64,000 nt of DNA from Octopus vulgaris (taxonomy: Eukaryota). The position numbers and the translations under genes are program-made. Positions 24,452 through 36,064 of this stretch are shown here, piece by piece; the first letter of the stretch is position 1, and each line of letters begins with the position of its first letter. Below the pieces are notes generated by a model. That model saw nothing but the letters and a program-made list of their open reading frames with translations. It did no database searches and had not been told where the DNA came from. The stretch is taken from assembly GCA_951406725.2 (NCBI GenBank), contig OX597823.1, positions 115,754,001-115,818,000 of the forward strand, written 5' to 3'.

Positions 24452-24563
24452 GATGACCACAATGTGAACAACCCTTATGCTAGAAGTAGATCTGCTATGG
24501 TCTTAGCACTAAGACCACAGCGGATCAACTTCTAGCATAAAGGTTGTCAACGTTGTGGCCATC
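24452..24563. repeat. 112-bp imperfect hairpin in TA-rich sequence
   Basis: gatgaccacaatg...ggtcttag ca ctaagacc...cgttgtggccatc. Confidence 0.85.
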
Positions 24564-24714
24564 CCTATATATGTATGCAATATAATTTTCTGAATGTTCA
24601 GATTTTAATATGCTAGACCACTGGTTTAAATTGATATTAATCAAATTAATACTCAATTTTTCACCGTCATTTTAATATATATATATATATATATACAGTT
24701 AGTTAGGTAGATAG

Positions 24715-24748
<34 letters not shown>

Positions 24749-27357
24749 ATATCAAAGCAACAGCATAATGTAGAACAGGAATTATTCATTTTACAATTAT
24801 ATTTCCCCCTCCCCCCCTCTTCTTCTCTGCTACTATTAAAAGCAAAAAGTTAAAAATCTGTTTCAAGCCTACAGGTCTATTTACTGTATAAGATTCTATA
24901 TTCATAATCTCTCCTGAGTATGTATGTAAGCTGGTGTAGAAGTGGATGAGGGTGGTTGGCAGGGTGTAGATGTGTGTCAGTGTGTGCACATGCACACGTG
25001 TTGGTGCATGTATGCGAACGAAGATTTGTCAGAGTGTGCATTCATTGCTGTGCCTGCAGTTGTTGGTGATGTGTGAGCGTGCATGTATGCATTGATATGT
25101 GTGTGCATCTGTGCATGCGGTTGTGTGTGTGGGCATGCACACTTTTGTGTGCGTTTGTGTAAGGAAAAGGGAGACAGAAAGCCGGTGCTTGGCTGCACAC
25201 GTTTCTGTTTTCAGTGTGTATACGGTTGCATGTGAATGTGCATGCGCTTCAGTGTTTTGCATGTAGGCTTTAGAATATAGGCGAGCAGAGCCTGAATGGA
25301 ACCGAGTTTTGCTGGGTCATCAGTCTATAGATCCATACAACAACTGCGTTTTATTCTTTGCCATACAATGCCTTAAATGAATAATTGATTTGAATATAAT
25401 GTAGCATTTAAGTGGTTACAGAAGCAATGATACTTTCAAGATTTATTCAATTAGGTGATCCACGATTGTTATATTGACAAAGATGCAGCCTATAAAATAT
25501 GCATTGAATAATTTTATCAGAATTCAAGTTTACATTCTGAAACACCTGCAGAATTTATTTCTTTATTTTTGAATTCTTACCTGATACGAAAAAAAAAAGA
25601 TGTACCTGTATTTGCTGAAAGGGATGTGGCAACCACTTAGATAAGTTGGTTCGGTGAGGAATTAGAGGCAGGTGCTCCATTATCATTGGCTTCGAGTCTG
25701 TTAAAACTGATATTTCATAATGCTATCGTAGCTATCATACTGAATGTAATACATTAATGAATTGATTTGTACGATAAAAATAAAGAATAAACAAACAAAC
25801 AAATATGTAAATAATAATAATAATAATAAACAAAAAAAAACAAAACAAAACCAATGTAAAAATGCAACACTGGTACTTAGTGAAGAGTATTGTTAATATA
25901 AGTAATGCTGTAATCACTTAGTCATCTATAAGGAGTATTAGCTGAGAAGTAGTCCAGCATTTGTTTGGTGGGGAGGTAGGTGAGTGGGGTGCCACCGAGC
26001 AGAAACAGATTAAAAGAAAGGAAAATTACTAAACAATGTGGATGTGATTTGAGAAAGTATAGATGGTATTTGTAGTTGCATTAGGAAAATTATTGATTAT
26101 TGATCATGTCTCTCTACTTTGTCTTTCCATTCACTATTTTGTTCTTGTTGTTGCTTCAAGATCAGTGGAAGCTGGAAATATGTAGCCTTTAATACTACTG
26201 TGTTGTTGTTGTTGCTGTTGTTGTTGCTGCTGCATGCTTACAGCACAACTTTGCTAAATATACTTTGTTTAATTATGTATGGGATTGGGCAGAAAAGAAG
26301 AAATTTACTTATGTATTTTTTGCAGCTTTTAGCTTGTTATTTGCCAGTTGAATTCTTCAGAAAAGTTGGAGAATCTTTGTTTCATCAAAGCATTTAGTGA
26401 TTTGTTAAAATCATTGATCTCAGAAATCAATATAGATAACCTCTGACTGAAATATAACATTAAAAAAAAAAACAACCCACAAAAAGAAATTGTCGAAAAC
26501 AAAGCTAAAACAATGAAGAAGATGAACAACATTATGCTATATTAAGATATTACTGGATTGAATTAGATTCCTCATTAATTTGAGAAGACATCTTAAAGAA
26601 GCGAGCCATATTCCTCAGAATAAATTCTATCATGAAGTTACATGCCATACAAATCAGTATTCTGCGAGTGTTTGTAGAAGAATTACTTGAAAGTAATTTT
26701 CCCTTCATTTTTGTTTACTAAACTCCTTCTAGGTTGTTTATTTAATCTAAATAATGCTTCAACAACAAAATTCTATTACAGAAAATTGTTTTACAAAAAC
26801 GATGTAAAAAAATCAATAGGATGAAACAGAATTTAAAAAATCCAAAACAAGAAATTCATGAATTAAATTTTACATCCCAAGCTACTCACAGGATGTGCTT
26901 TTATACACAATGGATAAAAATTGCTTTGTATTGCATAGATAAAACTGTAAATTTTCCCCATATGGTTCATTGAAGTTTCTAGGCTGCATCAAATTGCTCA
27001 TCCAATTAATGTGGCTGTTACTATAGTGTTCATTAAGCTTGCACTGAAAGTATTGATGCTGTGTTGTGAACAAAAATATAAAATGTGCGCTGTTGAGTAA
27101 TTACTCCAAAACTGTAGATAACATAAAGTCTGTTTCTCCTGGAATTGAAAACAAACACACACATACACACTCATGCATACACAATTGCTATTATTTGTTC
27201 AAAGCTGGGTCTGCCGAGATTATTTTGTTTTAGAGTTCTTCTCATTCTTTCGTCTTCAGGCAACTAACCTCCACTGCTTAGAAGTGTGCTTCTATTCAAA
27301 TTGATGAAGGGGACTTAACCCATCACCTTTCAGATTATTCGGTCAAATGTAATGTTT

Positions 27358-27545
27358 CATCATCATCATCGTTTAACATCTGTTTTCCTTGCTAGCATGG
27401 GTTGGACGGTTCGACTGCACCAGGCTCCAATCTGATCTGGCAGAGTTTCTACAGCTGGATGCCCTTCCTAACGCCAACCACTCCGAGAGTGTAGTGGGTG
27501 CTTTTACATGCCACTGGCATAAGGGCCAGTCAGGCAGTACTGGCA
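27358..27545 (-). mobile_element. RTE 3' UTR fragment (family C)
   Basis: (cat)n followed by cagctggatgcccttcctaacgccaacc. Confidence 0.8.
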
Positions 27546-28169
27546 GATTTAAATGTCAAAGGGTTAACAGCAATTGTCAATGCAAGCATCATTGATTGGA
27601 CCTGAAGGTGGCAAGCTGGCAGAATCGTTAGCATGCTGGGCTAAATGCTTAGCAGTATTTTGTCTGTCATCATGTTCTGAGTTCAAATGCTGCAAGGGTC
27701 GACTTTGCATTTCGTTCTTTCAGCATTGATAAGTGAAGTACCAGTTACCCACTTTTGAGGCCTTGTGCTTCCAGTAGAAAGGATCATTGACTGGACCTAT
27801 TGATTATAGTTGTGGAGAGACAAAAGAAGAGGAAAAGATAAAGCAGGAGAAAGCAGATGAAAAGAGAAGGGAAGAGGAGGGGGAGGACTGAACCCAGAAA
27901 CATGTAGTTGGGAGGCAAGCTTCTTACCACATACCCACACTTGAACCTATATATTTTAGTTTGTTTTTTTTGTTTTTTGCATGGTTTCAATGGCTGGATC
28001 CCCTTCTTTAATACTTTACAGAGCGTGCTGCTGAGTTTATGGTAGAGCCAACGCTAGAGTGGTTGTCTTGTTTTTGACAAGACTAGGAAGTCATTGCAAC
28101 CCTGCGTCATCTCTATTTGTTCAAGACAACAAAATGGAGAGGCTGAGAGAAAGAGAGAGAATACAATCA

Positions 28170-28562
28170 TTTCTATTCTAGGCACAAGGCCTTAAGTTTC
28201 TGAGAAAGAGGGCTAATCGAATTTATTGACCCCAGTGCATAACTGGTGCTTATTTCATCAATCCCAAGATGATGAAAGGCAAAGTTGACCTTGGTGAAAT
28301 TTGAACTCAGAACATAGCGGCAGATGAAATACCTATTTCTTTACTACCCACAAGGGGCTAAATACAGAGAGGACATGCAAGGACTGACAAACAGATTAAG
28401 TCGATCATATCGACCCCAGAGCATAACTGGTACTTAATTTATCGACCCCGAAAGGATGAAAGGCAAAGTCAACCTCGGCGGAATTTGAACTCAGAACGTT
28501 AACGGCAGATGAAATACGGCTACGCATTTCGCCTGGCGTACTAACGGTTCTGCCAGCTCACC
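28170..28562 (-). mobile_element. SINE family B dimer
   Basis: Junction gaaata-cc-tatttc at 28326-28339. Confidence 0.88.
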
Positions 28563-28939
28563 GATGGATGTCAATAATAAGGGAGAAAGTTATAGAAGAG
28601 AGGGAGAAAGAGAGGGTAATAGAAGAGAGAGAGAGAGAATTGTGGGAAAGAGAGTAATATGAGAGAGAGAGAGATAGCTTGCAGTAAAGAAAGATAATTT
28701 GAAGGAGTGGATTAGATATGGACAAATGCAGTCCCATTCCTTGTTATGCATGCAACGTGATAGAATGAAGTAGAAGGATCAAGGATGGTGGTAGCAGAGG
28801 ATTAGATACGAACAGATCCGGTACCATCCATCATTACACAGTTATCATGGTGATAGTGGCAAAGACTAAGTGATAGATAAGAGAGTAATGGAGAGGGGTA
28901 ACAGGAACCCAGTGAGTGAAACACTTAGATGCAGATCTT

Positions 28940-29155
28940 CCACGGGTCGGTGAATCTTCTCCAGCACAGTTTTTACTGCTCATTATGGTTCTTTCACCAC
29001 TTCATCATATCTCTTCCTAATTCACCCTCTTCCACAACGCCCATCCACTTCAAGCATTTGCCATTTTTCCATGCCGCCGACTGGCATCCTCCACATGTAT
29101 TCATACACCCGTATCAGCTCCTTAGTCTCCTCTCTTGCACACTGCATCTAGATAG
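28940..29155 (-). mobile_element. Old RTE ORF2 fragment
   Basis: RCSVQERRLR...LEVDGRCGRG.IRKRYDEVVKE on the minus strand. Confidence 0.6.
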
Positions 29156-29479
29156 AATAGTTTTTATCGATCCTTCCATCTGTCCAGCGATCTCTCATGA
29201 AATAAACCTTAAATACATCCATGAATACTCCAAGTAGAATACAGAGGAGCAAACACTGCTTTGCTGGAAAGAAAAGTGCTGAGGAATTACGCAGCAGCCA
29301 ATTTCTCGATGATTAAATATTGGTAATCTCTTTAGTTTGATTTCCATATAAGTTTTTCCCAAGAGGCATGCAGTTACTTTTCATTGATCCGACACTGATC
29401 AAACGATGGAATGGCATTGAGTTGTTTCTTTTTATGGAAATCAATAATCGAACAGTAGTTAATATGTTAGTGAGTTTAT

Positions 29480-29715
29480 GTAACCCACTGGGACAAAGGC
29501 GAGTATAAATCCATTGAGAAAGAGACCTGTCTTATGACCTGTTGTAACAGTGACACATAAAACCCATTAAGATAGTGATATATCATATAACCTACCAACA
29601 CAATGATACGCTATATAACCAACTGTGACAGTGGTGTATCATATAACCCCTTGTGACAGTGATTCATCATAGAACCCATTGGCATAGTGACCTGTCTTAT
29701 AATTCATTGATAGTA
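29480..29715. repeat. Degenerate minisatellite (ataaccc...gtgacagtg)
   Basis: Recurrent units of about 30 bp. Confidence 0.55.
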
Positions 29716-30747
29716 ATATCTAGCTGCTATCACTTATAAGTAATGTAGCTGCTGTTGTTGTTGCTGCTGCTGCTATAACTGCCTCTGCTGTTGCTGTTGT
29801 TGCTGTTAAGCAACAAGATGGGTAAGGGTGATTAGGTGATGGTCTAGGACTTAGGGGTGGGAGACCCCAGACCTTGGAAAAAAAAAACTTTGGTCGTCTT
29901 GTTGTAGTCGAGGTCTCTTCGTTGATGCCCGACACCGCTGGGAGGTGGTCCTCAAAGTCGCTGGAAATGGAGATCTCCAGGTCCAAATTCTTGGATGGCT
30001 GCTGTTGCAATTATAAACAACACACATTTCACGTTTAAAACACTGAAAATTTTGCTGCTGCCACCACTACCATTGCCACCACCACCTTCACCACCACCAC
30101 CACAGCTGCTGCTGCTGTGTTAGATATTATTTGTATTGTTATTATTATTAGACTTTGCTTTCATCCTTTTGGGGCCGATTAAATAAGTACCAGTTAATCA
30201 CTGGGGTCAATGTAATCGACTTAATCTCCTTGTCTGTTCTTGTTTGTCCCCTCTATGTTTAGCCCCTTGTGGGCAATAAAGAAATAATAATAAATATCAT
30301 TATTATTAGATTGGCAAAATCCTTAGTTATGAATATTTATGCTGTGAGTACAATTGTTGCCAAGGTCTACTTTGTCTTTTACCTTCACTGGGCTGAAAAA
30401 AAAACTACCAGTTAAAAATTAGTACGTATTTCACAGACAGGTGTGCTCTTAATATAATCCTGAGTTAGAGTTAATGTAACACAGTGTGTGACAAAGCTAT
30501 CGTTGTGAATTACCAGCACAAACCATCCAACAGACTTCCTCACAATTTCCATCTGCCTAAGTTCATCCACAGAGGTTGGGTTCACTTGAGGTTTATGTTA
30601 AAAGACATATAGCCAAGATGCTGTGTACTGTGGGATCCAACCCAAGATCTCATGGTTGCAAAACAGACTTCTTAACCACTCAGCCATGTCTGTTAAAATT
30701 CACTGGTGCTGTATCTTCTCATCTTTAAGAAGAGCATCTACCCATTA

Positions 30748-31101
30748 GAAGGCACATGGCTCAGTGAAGGCACATGGCTCAGTGGTTAGAGAGTCGAGCT
30801 TACAATCGCGAGGTTGTGAGTTTGAATCCCAGACCGGGTTGCAGGTTGTGTTCTTGAGCAAGACACTTTATTTCACATTACTCCAGTTCACTCAGCTGTA
30901 GAAATGAGTTGTAACATCACAGGTGCCAAGCTGTATTGGCCTTTGTGTTTCCCTTGGACAACACTGGTGGCATGGAAAGGGGAGGCCGGTATGCATGGGT
31001 GACCACTGGCCTTCCATAAACAAACTTGCCCAGATTTGTGTCTGGGAGGGTAACTTTGTAGGTGCAATCCCACGGTCAGTCATGACCAAAGGGGGTCTCA
31101 G
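30748..31101 (+). mobile_element. SINE family E (duplicated 5' 18 nt)
   Basis: gaaggcacatggctcagt occurs twice; flanked by ta(c/t)ccattaga direct repeats. Confidence 0.85.
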
Positions 31102-31113
31102 TATCCATTAGAC

Positions 31114-31435
31114 CAGTGATTCTCAACTGGGGGCCATCTGGCCCTTAAGGATCCATGTAAGATTTTGTTGTTAAAATTTATATGCAATACATTGCTTATA
31201 CTTCTAAAATACACAAAATATTTTAACAACTGTTTTTTTCTTTTACTTGTTTCAGTCATTTGACTGTGGCCATACTGGGGCATCGCCTTTAGTTGAGTAA
31301 ATCAATCCCAGGACTTATTCTTTGTAAGCTTAGTACTTATTCTATCGGTCTCTTTTGCCGAACTGCTAAGTTAAAGGGACGTAAACAACCCAAAATCGGT
31401 TGTCAAGCGATACATACATACATACATAAACACAC

Positions 31436-31469
<34 letters not shown>

Positions 31470-31724
31470 GGCTCAGGGGTTAGAGTGTCGAGCTTACAAT
31501 CATGAGGTTGTGAGTTCGATTCCCAGACCAGGCTGTGTGTTGTGTTCTTGAGCAAGATGCTTTATTTCATGTTGCTTCAGTTCACTCAGCTGTAGAAATG
31601 GGCGACTGCTGGCCTTCCATAAACAACCTTGCCTGGACTTGTGCCTCGGAGTGTAATTTTGTAGGTGCAATCCCATGGTCATTCATAACCGAAGGGGGTC
31701 TCAGTATATATATGTATGTATGTG

Positions 31725-31759
<35 letters not shown>

Positions 31760-32082
31760 ATATGTATGTATATATACAACAGGCTTCTTTCAGTTTCCGT
31801 CTACCAAATCCACTCACAAGGCTTTGGTCAGCCCAAGGCTATAATAGTAGAAGACACATCCCCAAGGTGCCACGTAATATGACTGAACCCAGAACTATGT
31901 GGTTGGGAAGCAAGCTTCTTACCACACAGCCACTCCTGTGTACAATTGTACAATTCCCAATTATATTTAATTATAAAAATACAATAGAATTTTTTAAACA
32001 CTCAATGGCTATGAGGGTACAATAGAGTGAAATAGAGTGAAAGGGGGTCCTTATGCAAAAAAAAAAGGCTTGAGAACCCCTG
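31114..32082. mobile_element. hAT-Charlie MITE containing nested SINEs
   Basis: TIRs cagtgattctcaa / ttgagaacccctg; 8-bp TSD cattagac/cattagat. Contains SINE A (minus, ~31238-31940), which itself contains SINE E (+, ~31468-31705). Confidence 0.85.
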
Positions 32083-32312
32083 CATTAGATGATTCTTGCT
32101 ATGATGCATATGATAACTACTGTTTCTCTAGCATACAAGCTGACATCGTAAATAGTTTAAACATTCAAAGATTGTCACTATCTTTCCACATCCTGCTACA
32201 TTTGACATGGAATTTTTCGCTTCTTCAAAGTCGTCTTCATCTTTTTCGTTGATCTACCTCTTTTGGATGTAAATTTTGGTCAGAAAAGTCTGACTTTTCT
32301 ACTGGAATATGC

Positions 32313-32570
32313 AGTGAAAGCGCATGGCTCAGTGGTTAGGGTGTTGGACTCATGATCGTAAGATTGTGGTCTCGATTCCTGGGCTGGGCAGTGCGTTGTG
32401 TTCTTGAGCAAGACACTTCATTTCACATTGCTTCAGTCTGCTCAGCTGGCAAAAATGAGTAATCCTGCAATGGACTGGCATCCCATCCAGGTGGGGAATT
32501 TACATCTCATGGAAACTGGGAAACCAGCCTTATGAGTCTGTGTGAGTTGGGAAGAAACTTTACTTTTTTT
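32313..32570 (+). mobile_element. SINE family E with V-domain-like tail
   Basis: Closely similar to 6532-6790. Confidence 0.82.
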
Positions 32571-33237
32571 TTTACTGGAATGTACAGCATGTAATTATTA
32601 ATTATACAATAGATGATAATAGTAACCCATATTTTTCATTTGAACCATTTTACTACTAGGTGGACTAGTCCATTAAGATACCAAATATTTTGTTATGATT
32701 TAGCAACAATGATGAAAATAGAATCAACTACATCGGAATATACGAGTTGAGAGAGACTGCATTTTTTCAATTAGGTCAGTTGTGTTTGTTGGTAAATTTA
32801 TATTTAGACTTGTAATTTATTAATGAGGAAACTGTTTATAGGACAGAGAAAGAGAGAGAGAGAGAGGGTGGGTCGGAGAAAGTTCTGGAAAAGTATGGAG
32901 CTATTGATGGATTGGAAATTTCAATAAAATAATTCGTTTAAAAACTACTTTTGTTCCAAAGTAGGATGTCTTCAAGTGTTTTTTTGTATTTTTCATGGAG
33001 AAGATAAGTGAATTTATGTGTGTGCATGAGAAGAACCAAGTGTGTATATCTTGTGGCTACAATGCCATTTTGTTAAACTACAATGGTTGTTGGTTCTGCC
33101 AGAAGCTTCCCCTAACCTCTGTCACATGAGCGGAATGATAAAAAAATAAAATCACTTCCTCGTTAGTGTGGTATGCAATTTTCATTGAAGGTTTTATATT
33201 CATTATTGTGATCTAAAGGAGCTGAAATGTGCTGGCA

Positions 33238-33462
33238 TTAACCCATTAGCAGATAAACCAGTCAGGTCTGGCTCGAGTGTTCTACCTCTTTAAATGTTCA
33301 AATCGCCACATCTGACCTTTTGTACTTAACCTACAATGTCATTCTAAGAATATACTTTCACATCATTAAAATCTCAAGGCTACAAGATAATGCATGATTA
33401 ACTGAAAACAATGTGAATAAATAAGTATTACATTTGACAGAGTGGTCTGAGGTAAAGGGTTC
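33238..33462 (+). mobile_element. piggyBac-type MITE
   Basis: ttaa-ccc...aaaggg-ttca ends; the interior is shared with 34013 and 46881. Confidence 0.7.
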
Positions 33463-33617
33463 AAAGAACAGTTGTACAAGGAATGGTAGGGAATTAGCAG
33501 ACTCTTTAAGACATCAGTCTAACTTTCTGTACCCTGAGATCAGATCCCACCAATATCAACTTTCATCCTTTTTGGATCAATAGATAAAGTGCTAATCCAG
33601 AGTGGTAGATTATTGGA

Positions 33618-33938
33618 ACTTGGGCAAGTGTCTGCTACTATAGCCTCGGGCCGACCAAAGCCTTGTGAGTGGATTTGGTAGATGGAAACTGAAAGAAGCC
33701 CATCGTATATATGTTTATATATATAAATGTATGTGTGTATATATGTTTGTGTGTCTGTGTTTGTCACCCCAACATCACTTGACAACCGATGCTGATGTGT
33801 TTACATCCCTGTAACTTAGTGGTTCAGCAAAAGAGACTGATAAAATAAGTACTAGACTTCCAAAGAATAAGTCCTGGGGTTGACTTGCTTGACTAAAGGT
33901 GGTGCTCCAGCATGGCCACAATTAAAAGAGTAAAAGAA
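33618..33938 (+). mobile_element. SINE family A, 5'-truncated
   Basis: cttgggcaagtgtc...gccttgtgagtggatttggtag...taaaagagtaaaag. Confidence 0.85.
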
Positions 33939-34012
33939 TGTTGTAGTTCTTTGCATTCTGAATTCAAATCCCACCATGGCCTACATGGGTGATAGACAAT
34001 CCCTCACCCACT

Positions 34013-34213
34013 TTAACCCTTTAGCATTTATATTGGCCAAAATGTTCTGCCTGTTTTATATTCAAACCGGCCAGACCTAGCTTCTCAGACCAACTCTAAT
34101 TCTAAAAATTAATAGTTATCTCATAGCTACAAGATAATTCCTGATTTATTCAAAACAATGTGAATAAAAAAAACATTACTTTTGATAGAATAATATGAAA
34201 TTTAAAGGGTTAA
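34013..34213 (+). mobile_element. piggyBac-type MITE
   Basis: TTAA-ccctttag ... taaaggg-TTAA. Confidence 0.8.
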
Positions 34214-34289
34214 TGCTGCCACCTGGTACCTTGTGTGCCATTAACAAGATCCACTCTGCTGCAAGCATTCAAGGTATTTGTCCAGTTTA

Positions 34290-34638
34290 CCGTGATCATT
34301 GCCAGAGTGGCTATCTGGCCTCCTTGCCGGTGGAACGTAAATGACACCATTCGAGCGTGATCATTACCAGCATCGCCTTACTGGCACCTGTGCCGGTGGC
34401 ACATGTAAAAGATTTGAGCAAGGTCGTTGCCAGTGCCACCTGACGGGTCCCGTGCCAATGGCACGTAAAAGCACCCACTACACTCTTGGAGTGGTTGGCG
34501 TTAGGAAGGGCATCCAGCTATAGAAACTCTGCCAGATCAAGATTGAAGCCTGGTGCAGCCATCTGGTTCGCCAGTCCTCAGTCAAAATCATCCAACCCAT
34601 GCTAGCAGGGAAAGCGGATGGTAAACGTTGATGATGAT
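34290..34638 (+). mobile_element. RTE 3' UTR fragment (family C)
   Basis: Same modules and (gat)n tail as 9320. Confidence 0.82.
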
Positions 34639-35454
34639 ACATTCCTTTTTCCTACCAGTGTCGGTCTTGTAAAAGAGCAAAGATTCTGTTTTCTCCTTAC
34701 TAAAAGACAAAATGTAAGTACAGCATCACACTTATTTCAAAATCAATAATAAACTACAAACCTATTTGCCTAGCTACAGACACTGTTTACAGTTTGGTTC
34801 ACTTAGGCAATGGCATCATTTAGGAATATCCAAATTTGTTAAAGCTAGGAATAAGGTTTATTTAGGCAGAGCTATCTCATTTGATCTAAACTGTTGCTAC
34901 TCTTGAGATTGTCATATCCTTTGCAAAATAAATAAAAAATTCTTGACATATACATTAAAGTCTTTGTAGAAATTATTTATTATATAAACATGGAATAAAA
35001 TGACAATTTAAGAAAAAATAATTTTAAGCAGCATGGCTGTGAGGTATGAAGTTTGCTTTATTACAACATGGTTTGGGGTTCAATCCTACAGCATAGTACT
35101 CTGATCTACAGTCTTCTGTTATAACCCTAATGGATGCATTGTATGTGAATTTGGTAGACAAAAATCACTGCAAAACCCTGTCTTGTGTGTGTGTTTGCAT
35201 GCTTGTGTGTGTGTGTGTGTGTGTTTGTGAGAGAGAAACTGTGTTGTGCATCATTGCCTGACAACTGGTGTTGCTTATGTCCCTCAAATTTAGTAGCTTA
35301 GCAAAAATAGGATGGAATAAACATCAGACTACTTAACAGTGCGGTTTATTTGATTGGCTAAATCCTTTAAGGGGATGTCCCAGCACGAATCAAGTAAAAG
35401 CAATAACACGTTTTATCTTTGAATATTAGGGAAGAAGAAGGAGAAACTAATTGA

Positions 35455-35813
35455 TAACAAGAGCTCTCAGAGAGTGCAAACCTCTGCCAAGGCAATGCCA
35501 ACGTCCCCTCAATGATTAGCCAGGGAGGATTTTTAAAATGAGAATATCTGAAATAAACTTGATTGCTCTCACAAATGAGAATACTAAAAATGGACCTGAC
35601 CGCTCTCAAAAATTAAGTAAGAAAACCAGAAAAATAATCCAAAATCCTTGTCCAGTACCTAATCAATCCCAAAATCTAATCAGTTTGTGCCAGACATCCC
35701 TGAAAGTTTCATCCAAATCCATCCAATGGTTCTTGAGATATCTTGTCCATGGACGAACAAAAAAACTTGACCGAAAAGAAATACGTCCGCTCTTGCGAAG
35801 GTGGCGGTAATAA
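35455..35813. mobile_element. Helentron-associated (HINE-like) element
   Basis: aacaagagctctcagagagtgcaaacctctgccaagg start; ...cgaaggtggcggtaataa end with a terminal hairpin. Confidence 0.55.
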
Positions 35814-35835
35814 GCACAAGTTATTAAGAAGACTG

Positions 35836-36064
35836 TTAAACCCTTTTGTTACCATATTTCTATTGAGATGCTCTGTGTTCCTTTCAATTAATTTTAAATA
35901 TAACAAAGAATTTAGTAAAATAACTTAGTTATCATTAAGCTAGTTAGGAACATAAATTGTGACTAAGGTTTGGTGGAAGATTTTTATTCAGAACTTTTGA
36001 AAGCAAGACATTTGTACTACAGAGCCAAAGGCAGTTTCAGGCAGATTGGTATCAAAAGGTTTAA
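35836..36064. mobile_element. piggyBac-type MITE (second family)
   Basis: ttaaacccttttgttacca ... tggtatcaaaaggtttaa inverted ends. Confidence 0.7.
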
